A DNA stretch of 63,543 nucleotides, filler included, from Welwitschia mirabilis (Eukaryota): assembly GCA_051453625.1 (NCBI GenBank). It is 6 parts of one record of this genome, joined end to end, with 100 filler letters (N's around TTAATTAATTAA, not from the genome) between each part and the next. Parts side by side here need not be neighbours in the genome. Positions count along the whole stretch, not along the records: positions 13,726 to 30,019 come from JBOZIK010000001.1; positions 30,120 to 43,492 come from JBOZIK010000001.1; 4 more parts are not named here. One strand, written 5' to 3'. Below are positions 28,601-41,000 of this stretch, one piece after another. The notes beneath the pieces were generated by a model, which had not been told where the DNA came from, did not search any database, and saw only the letters and a list, made by a program, of their open reading frames with translations. Both the position numbers and the translations under genes were made by a program. The stretch's first letter is position 1. Each line of letters opens with the position of its first letter.

Positions 28601-30019
28601 CAAAAAACTAAAACACCAAACTAAAATAGAAAATAAAATCTGAGACTATCAGAAATAGAAAGCTGAAAAGAAAATAGCAAGATAAGCAATTTTATTCAAA
28701 ATCCTAAATATAAAGCACACTTTATTAAAGAGAAAAGAAGGGAAATTCAAGGATGTATTTTGGTCTTATGAATTTTTAGAGAATTAACGTTCAAACCAAA
28801 AATTCACCAATTGATAAAACATAAGAGATGTGCAATTATATCTAAGTAAAATCAATTGGATAAAGAGAGGAGTAATGGAGAGAACTCTATAATACCATAT
28901 TAAAGCACAAATTTTCAAAGTAAAATGGAAGAGAAATGGTAACTCAAGTAAAATATTTTCATTTAGTACAAGAGTTTTATTTGAAATATCATAAAGAAAA
29001 TTACCTTCAAGTCCATTAAAAAATTTTCTCATTCAAATTTAAATTATGATTTTTGATTGGTTCATTGAATGGATAATCTCCATTAAGGTGTGAATCTAGA
29101 AATTGGACTTCCTTATATTCTAAAGATTTTTTCTTGCTCTCAAAGTTAGATGTATTAATGGTTTCTTTAATCTCAAGTTGGTCATCACAAATCACATGCT
29201 TATTTATTTTCATCTCTCTTTCTTTAAGTGGATGATGTTCTAAAAATAAAGTGGATTTGATGTTATCTTCAATGTTCATATTATCACCCAAATCTTTCTT
29301 AGCTACATTAAAGACTTTAATGGTAAACATTCTATTTTCAAAGTGACATTTCATTGTTCTTACTCTTGTATCAATGATGCAGTGGGATGTTGCACAAAAG
29401 GNNNNNNNNNNNNNNNNNGGGTATCCTCTGTTATGCTTAACTTCTATGATCATTACATCTATGGGATAGGAATCCTCTTCAATTTGTATTGCCAAATCTT
29501 TAATGATGCCTACCTGTTTCTTAACTAATGTATCTTCTAATTCTAGGACAACCAGAGTAGGCTCTATTCTATCTTCCAAATCAAGTCTCTTACACATGTA
29601 AAATGGCATAATATTAACACTCGCTCTATTGTCAATCAAGGCTTTCCTAATTTTTTTGTTNNNNNNNNNNNNNNNNNNNNNNNNNNNNNNNNNNNNNNNN
29701 NNNNNNNNNNNNNNNNNNNNNNNNNNNNNNNNNNNNNNNNNNNNNNNNNNNNNNNNNNNNTTGTCAATCAAGGCTTTCCTAATTTTTTTGTTTTTCTCTA
29801 CGATAATATTCACTGTATATGCTCGTGGATCTTTAAATTTGGGTGATTTTATAACATTAAATTTGTTAGGGATTAGGCAATTGTTGCAGGATGTATTTAT
29901 GCAATAGTTCATATTTCAATGTCAATCCTATTAATTATAAATAAGATGTAAAATACAAGACGCTAGTATAGACGGAGTGATCCAAATGTTGTAATTCTGT
30001 TGAAGACCAATGGTATGGA
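25669..30019 (-). mobile_element. Athila-related non-autonomous element, copy A (3' LTR, 3' UTR, protease; 5' part missing)
   Basis: LTR 25669-26750 with termini tgttgt...gcaaca; PPT tagcccccacttagccttt (26751-26769); long collinear homology with 38246-42760. Confidence 0.8.
29016..29912 (-). pseudogene. Athila-type aspartic protease region (copy A)
   Basis: ORF contains SPKFKDPRAYTV..KALIDNRASVNIMP..LELEDT..GIIKDLAIQI..YPIDVMI..FCATSHCIID (cf. Athila KDPG..ALLDLGASVNLMP..FPVDF..PFLAT). It includes a gap-flanking duplicated stretch. Confidence 0.85.
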
Positions 30020-30063
30020 NNNNNNNNNNNNNNNNNNNNNNNNNNNNNNNNNNNNNNNNNNNN

Positions 30064-30075
30064 TTAATTAATTAA
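30064..30075. other. Artificial assembly spacer TTAATTAATTAA
   Basis: Same N44-12mer-N44 construct. Confidence 0.95.
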
Positions 30076-30119
30076 NNNNNNNNNNNNNNNNNNNNNNNNN
30101 NNNNNNNNNNNNNNNNNNN

Positions 30120-30593
30120 AAATATACTTATTTATCATTCTTGGTTCTAGGTAAAGATGCATGTAGTTATTCAAATGCTTATTTATTTCAAAATACACAA
30201 GATATATCAATCACATAACATAAGAAAGAAAATATTTATTCATCATATAGTACACATATAAAATTTATTAATAACATTAATGAGTACATAAGATGTAAGA
30301 TATATTCTTATGTCATTGTGAAACTTTAAATTTATAGTTTTATCATGTGATTTTAATTCCTTACATAATGGAATTATGTAATTTTAAATATTTGGATAGA
30401 TTTTGTCATAAAATCTTTTCACGTAATTTTTATCACTTTCTTGATAAATTATAAAGATTACAAAACTAAGGTTAATTTTAAAGTGACATCTAATTTGATA
30501 AGAAACTTAAATAAAGATAATGATTCATTTGACTAAAAGTTTAACATACATATTATTGAAGTAAATAAGGTTTACAAAATATGGAATATGATA
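30120..30593 (-). mobile_element. Tekay-like LTR 5' end (5' or solo LTR) inserted in Athila RNase H
   Basis: Homologous to 18640-18878/19446-19768; ends ggaatatgata and is followed by Athila pol instead of a PPT. Confidence 0.75.
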
Positions 30594-32151
30594 CTATGAC
30601 CAATAGCTCTTTTTTGATAAGGTTGTATTACTTAAGTGTCATTCAGTGTTTTAATGACATAATACATTATGATTAGTTTTCTTTCTGTTTTGTCCTAGAA
30701 CAACTCCATTTACGTAATAAGTAGCATCACATATGTATTTAAAGGGTAACTTCCAGTTGGATGGTTAAATAATGGGGATGAAAGTAAGTTTTTTCTTAAC
30801 TTATTTAAAAGCCTATTGATACTTAGGTTTCAATTGAAAGAGGTGTCTTTGCTTAAGAGGTTAAATAATGGTTTATAGATTTTTCTAAAGCCTTTAATTA
30901 ACATCTTGTAATATCCTTCATATTTTATAAAGTATTTAATGTATTTTTAGTTTTGAAAATTTGATAGGTATGTTATTAAAGAAGCTTTTTCAAAATCTAC
31001 TTGAATTCATTTGGAAGAGATAATGTATCCTAATACTATGCCTTTATTAATCTAAAGTGACAATTTTCCTAGTTAAGAACAAGGTATTTTTCTATGCATC
31101 ACATAAAGAGAAGCTCTAGATTATGTAGATAATGTTCAAAAGATGCCCTACAAATATATAAATTATTCATAAATATTTTAATACAAGATTCTAATAAAAT
31201 AGAGAAAATTATAGTCATGCAACATTGAAATGTGGTGGGCACATTCATAACCCAAAAGGAATTTTTTTAAGAAAAAAAGGTTCTTTAAGAATAGAAAAAG
31301 GTGATTTTATATTAGTTCTTATGGATGATTTCTATTTGGTTATACCCTAAATACCCATCTAAAATAAGTGAAAAGGATGTCCCATAACTTTTCTAACATT
31401 TAATTGAAAAATGGAAGTAAGAAATGATATTTTCTTAAGATGGTATTTAAGTTTCTATAATCTATATAATTTTTCCATTTTATTATAGATCTATTGGGGA
31501 TGAGTTTGTCATGTTCATTTGGGATCAGGGTAATTCTAAATTTCTTTGTTATAGTTTAAATTAAACTTATTCATTTACTAATTGAGATAAAGTAGCTAAT
31601 ACGTTTATCTAAGGGTTTGATCATTTTATTTTTTTACTACTTTATTCAGGGGTGGGTTTATCCTTCTTTGGGCTTTTATATATGTCTTTGCTTTTTCTTC
31701 TAAAGAAATGTGATGCATATAAAATCGAGGTTCAATGCCCTTAATATCAGAAAATCCATTATATTGCTTGCTTATGCTTCCTTAAAAGGTTTAGTAACTT
31801 AGTTTATTTGGATAAAGTTAAGAAAGATTTGATCACTAGGGGAAAGATGAAATTTTATCTTAAGAAAGAATATTTAGGATTTTTTGGAAGAGGATTAAGT
31901 TTAATGGAATTTTATTCTAAGTGTATTATTCTTATTCTTGTGAAAATTTTAAGGCTTCATTCTTATGAAAATGCATGAAGGATTATTGATTATCTAAAAC
32001 GCTTTCTATCCTATTCAAATGTTCTATTCTTTCATCATTATATGGTACTTTTATGGCATTGAAAAAATTTAATTCTATTATCATATTATTAAATATGATT
32101 TTATCAAATTATTTCTATAATTAATTAAAGAGTTTTAAGTTACTTGTAAAG
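30594..32151 (-). pseudogene. Athila-type pol fragment (end of protease, RT, RNase H start)
   Basis: Minus strand: FNNMIIELNFFN; LDGYLGYNQI (~31335-31365); PFGL*NVPTTFQCCMTIIFS (~31200-31260); IFMNN (FMDD equivalent); PII*PSNWKLPFKYICDATYYVNGVVLGQ (~30690-30780). Confidence 0.85.
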
Positions 32152-32903
32152 GTTTAACATTAGAGAACATGAGAACTTAAAAACTAAACATCGATGATTT
32201 GGATTGAGAATAGAGTTAATTTANNNNNNNNNNNNNNNNNNNNNNNNNNNNNNNNNNNNNNNNNNNNNNNNNNNNNNNNNNNNNNNNNNNNNNNNNNNNN
32301 NNNNNNNNNNNNNNNNNNNNNNNNNNNNNNNNNNNNNNNNNNNNNNNNNNNNNNNNNNNNNNNNNNNNNNNNNNNNNNNNNNNNNNNNNNNNNNNNNNNN
32401 NNNNNNNNNNNNNNNNNNNNNNNNNNNNNNNNNNNNNNNNNNNNNNNNNNNNNNNNNNNNNNNNNNNNNNNNNNNNNNNNNNNNNNNNNNNNNNNNNNNN
32501 NNNNNNNNNNNNNNNNNNNNNNNNNNNNNNNNNNNNNNNNNNNNNNNNNNNNNNNNNNNNNNNNNNNNNNNNNNNNNNNNNNNNNNNNNNNNNNNNNNNN
32601 NNNNNNNNNNNNNNNNNNNNNNNNNNNNNNNNNNNNNNNNNNNNNNNNNNNNNNNNNNNNNNNNNNNNNNNNNNNNNNNNNNNNNNNNNNNNNNNNNNNN
32701 NNNNNNNNNNNNNNNNNNNNNNNNNNNNNNNNNNNNNNNNNNNNNNNNNNNNNNNNNNNNNNNNNNNNNNNNNNNNNNNNNNNNNNNNNNNNNNNNNNNN
32801 NNNNNNNNNNNNNNNNNNNNNNNNNNNNNNNNNNNNNNNNNNNNNNNNNNNNNNNNNNNNNNNNNNNNNNNNNNNNNNNNNNNNNNNNNNNNNNNNNNNN
32901 NNN

Positions 32904-32939
<36 letters not shown>
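32904..32939. repeat. (TA)n microsatellite in the copia 3' LTR
   Basis: Perfect TA run adjoining an N gap. Confidence 0.95.
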
Positions 32940-32940
<1 letters not shown>

Positions 32941-33229
32941 GAATAGAAGATAATAGAAAAGGCTATGGATATAATTTCTAAATATTAAAGGTGGTTGAGG
33001 TAACATGGCCCTCAAACGTATTTTGGATGAGAAAGAATAGAAATAGATGCTACAGTTTGTACTAATTTGATAATAGAATAGATGAAAATGTAGGGACATA
33101 AAAAATAAAACTGGATGGGGATGATTGACTATTTTCATTTGTATTATTGCTCTATCCAAATAGTTAATCATCAATGCATTTGAAGACACTTCAACTATCC
33201 TTTTTTTTTTCTTAACACAAGTAGAAGTT

Positions 33230-36200
33230 TTAGTAGCTGCAATGCTAAAGCTAAGCCCTGTGATCTAAAGCTTTTTGTAAGAAAACCTATTGGTTGTACT
33301 TATAAGTAAATAAAAGTTAACTTTACAATTATATTCTTTATTATCTCATGAATGAACTAGTATCACAAGTCAAAGTACTTAGCCTTTTAGTGTTGTACTA
33401 GATCTTCTACAATTAGAATTGCACTTCTACTATTAGTGTGAATTTCCATAGGACATAAACATGGAAATTTCAAGTCCACAAAAAGTTTCCTAAGTGATTT
33501 TATCTCTTGTACTCTCCCTACAATTGAAAGATACTCTACTTTTACAGTAGATTGTGCAACTAAACTATGCTTTTTAGAAATCCAATTTATTGTATATTCA
33601 CCAAGTGTAAAAAGCATTTCAATTGTACTTTTAAGCATGTCTAGATAAACAACCTAGTTTGCATCATAGAATACCCACAAAATAGGATTTGTTTGATGAC
33701 CATATACCAAGTCATAAGAAGTGGTTTTTGCAATATATCTTGACAATTTTTTCGCAATTTTGCAATGTGCTTGAGTTGGGAACTCCATGAAGCATGCCAT
33801 GACATGAACTACATATTTTATATCTGGATATGTGGCTATTAAATAAATTAATGATTTAATTACTAATCTATATATTTTTCTATCAAATGATGGGCTTTTC
33901 ATGTCTTTGTTAATCTTAAGTGCTAGAGAAAGTGGCATTTTTGTTGATTTGCAGTTTTATAATATAAAGTGTTGTATCAAGTTCTAAACATACCTTCTTT
34001 GACATACACTCATTAAATTTTCATATTATCTTATCTCTAGTCCCAAAAAATATCTCATGAGACCCAAATCTTTCATTTCAAATCTAGTTTTCATGATCCT
34101 TTTAAATTTTTCAATCAAAACATTTGAATTTTTCTAAAAGATCATATCATCTACATAGAAAAGAAGAAACATCATAAGATTACCTTACTCTAATTGATAT
34201 AATGCATTGTCAACATAATAATATAAAAGATCATTCTTCTACAAATAATAATCTATTCATTGATACCACATTCTAGAAGCCTGTTTTAATCCATAGAGTG
34301 CCTTTTTTAAGTGATAAACTTTGTCTTCCTTCCTAGAAATTATGAATCTAGGAGGTTCAACCATATATACCTCCTCTTTTAGACTTCCATTTAGAAAAGT
34401 AGATTTTACATCCTTCTACTAAATCTTCCACTCTCTTTAAGTAGCTATATCTATGAAAGTTCTCACTATTTCCATGTAAGAAACTGTAGTAAATGTTTCT
34501 TCATAGTTAATTCCTTATTGTTTCCTATATCCTTTGGTAATAAGTCTAGTCCTTCTTTGATTCAAATTTGCATTTTCATCAAATTTATTTTTGAAAATCC
34601 ACTTCAAACCTATTTCTTTCTTTTCTATAGGTAGAATACACATTTCCCATGTTTGATTATTTTTTATTTAATTCAATTTCTCTTTCATTATAGTAACCCA
34701 TCTTTCATCTTATAGAGCTTCCTTAGTATCTTATGGCTCTCTAATTTTGAGGCTTGTTAAAGATGTTATTTGTTTAAGATGCCTTCCATGCCTTTCTGAT
34801 TTTTCCTCAATGATGTTTTAAGGATCAACTTGTAATTTCATCTTACTATATTTTCCCCTTGTAGTTTTGCTTCTTCTTTAACATTATGATTTATTTCTTC
34901 CTCTACAAATGGTTTCTAGTTTTTTTCTAAAACAATTTAGGAAGCTATTCTTATGTAGTCTTTGGGGCACTAGGTAGTTATTGTTGTGTCTATGAGATAG
35001 ATAAAGGATTTTAACTTGTTCATAATGGCGTGTGACTTGGGTTAGAATCATGTTCATTTACTAATTCCTTAGAAAAAGATATTTAATTTGAGACTTCTAT
35101 AGGTAATGTTTGGGATTTATCTTCCTAAGAAGATGATAAAAACTAATTTTCCATGAAAACAATATGAGTGGATGCATACATTCATTTTTCTTCTAAGTCA
35201 TATACTCTATAACCCCTACAAAAAATTGAATATCCTATAAAAAGACATTTTCTACTTTTGTGTTCAAACTTTTTCATATTTCCACCTTGCTTTAACATGT
35301 AACAAATGCAACTAAAAATTTTTAAATGAGAAATATTTGGTTTACAATCATACCATTTTTTATAGAAAGTCTTCTTCATATAATTTGTTACGATTATTAT
35401 ATTTTATAGGTAAGCAGTAGTGAAGATTGCATCTCTCTAGTATTTTTTAGGTAGCCTTGCATGAAAGAGCATTATCTTGGCTATTATTATTAACATTCTA
35501 TTCTTAAATTTCATAATTCCATTTTGTTGTGTATTGTATGAATCTATCCATTTATGTTTAATTCCCTTCTTATGGCAAACTTGTTTTAAATCTTTTGATT
35601 AAAATTCCCCATCATTGTCAATTTGTATTCTTTAAACTCTTAGGTCACTTTCATCTTTAGCTTTTATAATCCAATTTTTTAAGATTCTTGTAACTTCTTA
35701 TTTGAATTTCATAAAAACTACCAAACTAAATCTTGTGAAATTATCAATTGCAACAAGAAAGTACCTATTTACATACAAGATTAGTATCCTTAGTAGTTCA
35801 TAAACATCTATATAAATCATATCCCAAGGATTTGGGTAATATTTATCCCATTTGTGATGTGGCTTTACAACTTCCTTATAATGATAACAACTTTTACACT
35901 CTAATTGGGTTATTTTATTATATGGATTTAAACCTATCACCACTTCATTCCTTACCATTTTATTCAAACTATTTATGTTTAGATGCCTATACCTTTTATG
36001 CCATTTTTCCATAGCTTTCATGGATTTTTCTTGAGTTTTAACGGATTGTAAGTTGGCATGAATCCTTTGAAAATATAGATAATACAAACTTGATCCTTTA
36101 GTTGTAGTTGCTATAATGTTTTTATTGTCATCCATTTTCTCGATTCAACAAAATAACTCATCAAAAGAGATTGAACACTCTTTTGGGTTAATTCTCTCAC

Positions 36201-37860
36201 ATTCAATAAATTATCTATTAGATTTGGAATAAATGAAACATCTTTAATAATTAAAGTTTCACTTGAGGATGTCTTTACCTTGATTGAGTTAATTCCTTTA
36301 CTCTTATCATAGTTATTATCTCTAATCTTGATGTTTCCTTTATTACTCATATTGACTGATTTAAATAGATCTATATTGCTAGATATATGATGAGTGCATC
36401 CACTATCTATATACCATTTTCTCTTGTTTATGATTTGATTTATTACTTTCATGCAATTTTCAACCTCTATAAACTACACTTCATTACCTTCATACAAATT
36501 GGAAATTTAATTCTATTTTGAAGAAGTATCCTTTTTTTCCTTAAGTATTCTTCTTATACTAGCAATCCCTTCTATAGTAGCCATATTTTTCATAATTATG
36601 GTAATGAACTAAAGGTATTCTACCTCCTATTCCTCTAGAATTACCTCTAAAACTAATTTATCCTCTTTCATAACCTGGATATTACCTAAAGTCATTAGTT
36701 CTTGGTAAGCTTTAATTTCTTTCTCATTGTTCTCGTCGATATTTTCCTCTTCCTATGCTATGTTTGAATCTTCCTTAGGCCAACTTGGCTTCTTTTGCCT
36801 TAATTAATTCCTTTTTCTTAGTAGGTCCAAGCTTAAATCTCTATTCATATACCTCTAATGTTGTTTGTAATTTCTCAAGAGTAATATTTTTCATGGCCTT
36901 TGTTTGTTTCAACAATGTGATTATGTTGATAAACTTTAATGATAACCCTCTTACTGCCTTTTCCACAATTTATTATCAAAGAATTTTATCCCATTCATAG
37001 TAAATTTTGTTCTTATTTCAAATAGCCCATACATGTACTTCTTAGATGTTTCTTTATCTATCATGATCACCATCTGATGCTCTCTTCTTAAAGATTGAAT
37101 TGTAGCTTCCTTTGATACATATATACCTATAGCTCATCTGCAGATCATTCCAAATCTCTTTGCTTGATTTTGCTATTATAGCTTTGGATAGTGCCTCTAT
37201 TAATTCAAGAGTTCTATGAAGAANNNNNNNNNNNNNNNNNNNNNNNNNNNNNNNNNNNNNNNNNNNNNNNNNNNNNNNNNNNNNNNNNNNNNNNNNNNNN
37301 NNNNNNNNNNNNNNNNNNNNNNNNNNNNNNNNNNNNNNNNNNNNNNNNNNNNNNNNNNNNNNNNNNNNNNNNNNNNNNNNNNNNNNNNNNNNNNNNNNNN
37401 NNNNNNNNNNNNNNNNNNNNNNNNNNNNNNNNNNNNNNNNNNNNNNNNNNNNNNNNNNNNNNNNNNNNNNNNNNNNNNNNNNNNNNNNNNNNNNNNNNNN
37501 NNNNNNNNNNNNNNNNNNNNNNNNNNNNNNNNNNNNNNNNNNNNNNNNNNNNNNNNNNNNNNNNNNNNNNNNNNNNNNNNNNNNNNNNNNNNNNNNNNNN
37601 NNNNNNNNNNNNNNNNNNNNNNNNNNNNNNNNNNNNNNNNNNNNNNNNNNNNNNNNNNNNNNNNNNCATTCTTTTATTTCCTTTTTTAATTTGTGGTTGC
37701 ACCTTATTCTAGAGCTTCAAAAACTCCATCTTTTACAACATTTTGAACTTTTTCAATTTGTAGGATGTTTTTAATTTATGTTTTCCAAACTTTAAAATCT
37801 AAGCCATTAAATTTTAGCATAATTCTGGTAGGTATTTTTGATGTAGATTCCATTTGAAAA
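33230..37860 (-). pseudogene. Copia gag-pol remnant
   Basis: ORF track: WYIDSGCTHHIS (36111-36452), WHKRYRHLN..C..C..YFLVAIDNFTRF (35698-36135), KPNISHLKIFSCICY..CLFIGYS (35182-35379), YRLVIKSLIYL..YPDI (33654-33938), INWISKKH..VAQSTVKVEY (33387-33638). Manually: IGLKWIFK, GLKQASRMW, FYVDDMIF, MKDLGLMRYFLGLE. Confidence 0.92.
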
Positions 37861-38006
37861 TAGATAAAGACTAAAAATGAAATTAAAAACAAAAATAATT
37901 GTGTTGAATATTTACTTTCCTGATTGCGTGTCTTTATTTCTCCTCTGCTTTACTTCCAACTGATCTTCCTTTCTTTAGCTATGTGTCTTCTTGCATTAAT
38001 AATTAG

Positions 38007-38018
38007 GCTCTAATACCA
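38007..38018 (-). promoter_or_regulatory. Primer-binding site (tRNA-iMet type)
   Basis: Reverse complement TGGTATTAGAGC, one mismatch to TGGTATCAGAGC, adjacent to the LTR. Confidence 0.85.
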
Positions 38019-41000
38019 TAGTAAAATTAGAAAATATAAGAACTTAAAAATTTAACATAGATGAGTTGGACTGAGAATAGAGTTAATTCATTCTCTTACT
38101 AAATCAAAACTAAGAATACAAATATATATCTATGAGAAGAAAAGATAATAGAAAGTGTATGAATAGAATTTCTAAATAGTAGAGGTGGCTAAGCTAACAT
38201 GACCCTCAAACTTATTTTGTATAAGAAAGAAATAGAAATAGATTCTATTATGGTGTGTATCTGTGTAAGTGTCTATATTTAAAAGGATTCTATTATTCAT
38301 AAAATAAAATAGATTTCTCACATAATACAACACACTAGTATGAGTAGAAGTTAACCTAAATGTGTTATACTCATTGAAGACTATGAGATAAGACTTGGAT
38401 TTCTTTTCACGAGTAAATAAAGTAATCAAAACTAAAGAATAATGTAAAAAATAAAATAAATAATGTACATGCATAATGTAATTTAATCTAAATGCAATGT
38501 AAAATAAAAATAAAATACTTTCCTTAGCCTTAATAAAGGCTTTTCTTGATGATCTATATCACTCAAGAAATTATCACTAGATCAAGGGCAACAAAACTCA
38601 TAAGGGACATTAGACAATCTAATATGCAATAAAGAAAATAGAGTTTATATTAAAAAGGTAATAACATCTAGGTTACAAAATAGCCAGGCTCTAATGAAGA
38701 AGGCATGACTCTTCACCAAAGAAACATCTTTCTACAACCCTCANNNNNNNNNNNNNNNNNNNNNNNNNNNNNNNNNNNNNNNNNNNNNNNNNNNNNNNNN
38801 NNNNNNNNNNNNNNNNNNNNNNNNNNNNNNNNNNNNNNNNNNNNNNNNNNNNNNNNNNNNNNNNNNNNNNNNNNNNNNNNNNNNNNNNNNNNNNNNNNNN
38901 NNNNNNNNNNNNNNNNNNNNNNNNNNNNNNNNNNNNNNNNNNNNNNNNNNNNNNNNNNNNNNNNNNNNNNNNNNNNNNNNNNNNNNNNNNNNNNNNNNNN
39001 NNNNNNNNNNNNNNNNNNNNNNNNNNNNNNNNNNNNNNNNNNNNNNNNNNNNNNNNNNNNNNNNNNNNNNNNNNNNNNNNNNNNNNNNNNNNNNNNNNNN
39101 NNNNNNNNNNNNNNNNNNNNNNNNNNNNNAATGAAGAAGGCATAACTCTTCATCAAAGAAACATCTTTCTACAACCCTCAAGATGGATCTTCCACCCTTC
39201 GATCTCGTATCATAAGAATTTCCAATAAAATGAAGATGAGAAGGAGAGTCTAAGTGGGACTTATTTATAATAAAACATAGCAAAAAATAACATAAGAAGG
39301 CACTTTAAAAATACATTCTTTTTACATAAAAGAAATAAATGAAATGATCAAGGGTGGACTGTCAAAGTTAGTTACATGTTAGTATCGTCCTGACTATTAT
39401 CTGGATGACATATGGAACGATAGCTTATTATAAAAGGTAACTCAAAATGATGACTCAATAATTATTTAATAGTCCACATCAATAATTAATGGTTTCATTG
39501 CCCTGTCTATCATGGGGATAATAGAGGGGACAAAGGTTTTATTTGATCATTTTACAAAGGAGAAACTACCCTTTCTGGCAATAATCTTCTTCCAAGGTCT
39601 TTGTATCAAAATATGCCTTAAATGCATCAAATCTAGATAATAATTTCACATTTCTAAGATCTTACATTAATTCTCCAAAATCCTCAAAATTGCACATAAA
39701 CCTATGTAATAGTCATATAAAATAGCTCATGAAACCCCATGAAATAGCCACAAATTGGTAGCATAACATAAGCCCTCACTTAGCCTTTGTCAGTCCCTGA
39801 TAAAAATTAGGCAAAAACCATTATTGTGAGTTAATTTATGTTACAAATAATCAATCTAGAAATTGTAAAATAGGCTTATAAAGCACATCACATAATAGAA
39901 TAACCTGTAATGCATAATGTATATGAAAATTTTAAAACCTTTATTCCATGAAATCTTTAAAATAACTTAAAGATTTATAAAAATGAGCTATGAAAATTGG
40001 TCCTGCCCCCATCGAAAAAAGTAATACATCCTGTATTTGAGAATAAAGCAAAGAAAGTAGATGGAGTGAGAATGTAGATGATGGATAATTAAATTAGATA
40101 ATTCTCAAAATAATGTGTAAAGCTAAGTAAAATAAATGTCAGTTTTAAAAATATAGGTGGATAAAATAGTCTAACAAGTAAAGCAAATGTTTCATCATAA
40201 AAGAATTATGTGCAGCATTAGGAACTATAAAATAACTAAAAATAAGCATCAGATAAAAAATATTTATTCGAGTAAGAAATTAACTCTTTATTAAAAATTG
40301 AGCAAGGAAAGCATAAAATGAGAAGAAAATATGGTAATAACTTTGAAATAACTAACCTAATAACAAAAAAAAAAAGAAAGAATGGACATGAGATAACATA
40401 AATAAAGATAGCTCATCTATCTAATATTTTAACCTAGCAAACTCCCATGAAAGAAATCATAACATCACTTGATTTAAAAAATGTATGACTTGATGTATAA
40501 ATAAATTTCATTCAATAAGGCAATGGTTATGATGATGCTAAAATAAATGCTTTAAATAATAAATGATTATATCAAAGATTTGTTTAAAAATAAATCCATC
40601 TACTAACATCTCAAAACAAACATCTAAATCTCAAGAAATGGAATGACAATGTGGAAATACTAAAAGTTTATAAAATAAGTAATGCCTCTGATAATACCAA
40701 GAATACTATTGATCCTATAGCCTCAAAGTTTATTAGAAATTCATTATCCATGATGAGAGGAGTGAAACCATAATTGAAGAAGTAAGGACCCCTAAAGCAT
40801 GATCAACTGACATTCTAAAGAAGTTTCCANNNNNNNNNNNNNNNNNNNNNNNNNNNNNNNNNNNNNNNNNNNNNNNNNNNNNNNNNNNNNNNNNNNNNNN
40901 NNNNNNNNNNNNNTTTTTTGAAATATCTCAAATATAAAATATCATAGTCTTATTTCACTCTCATTCTCTCTCTCTCTTTTTTTTTTCTCTTTTTTTTGTG

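Larger units (their letters stand above)
32152..38245 (-). mobile_element. Ty1/copia LTR retrotransposon (Ivana/Oryco-like), near complete but decayed
   Basis: 3' LTR ~32152-33197 and 5' LTR 38019-38245 are homologous; PBS gctctaatacca at 38007-38018; purine tract at 33198-33213; gag-PR-INT-RT-RH remnants lie between. The 5' LTR is cut by the element starting at 38246. Confidence 0.85.

Noticed and set aside
8482..39283. Long ORFs made mostly of X in the ORF track (e.g. 8482-9279, 18862-19455, 25118-26438, 32194-33189, 37191-37712, 38691-39283)
   Set aside because: They are read-through of N gaps, not coding sequence.
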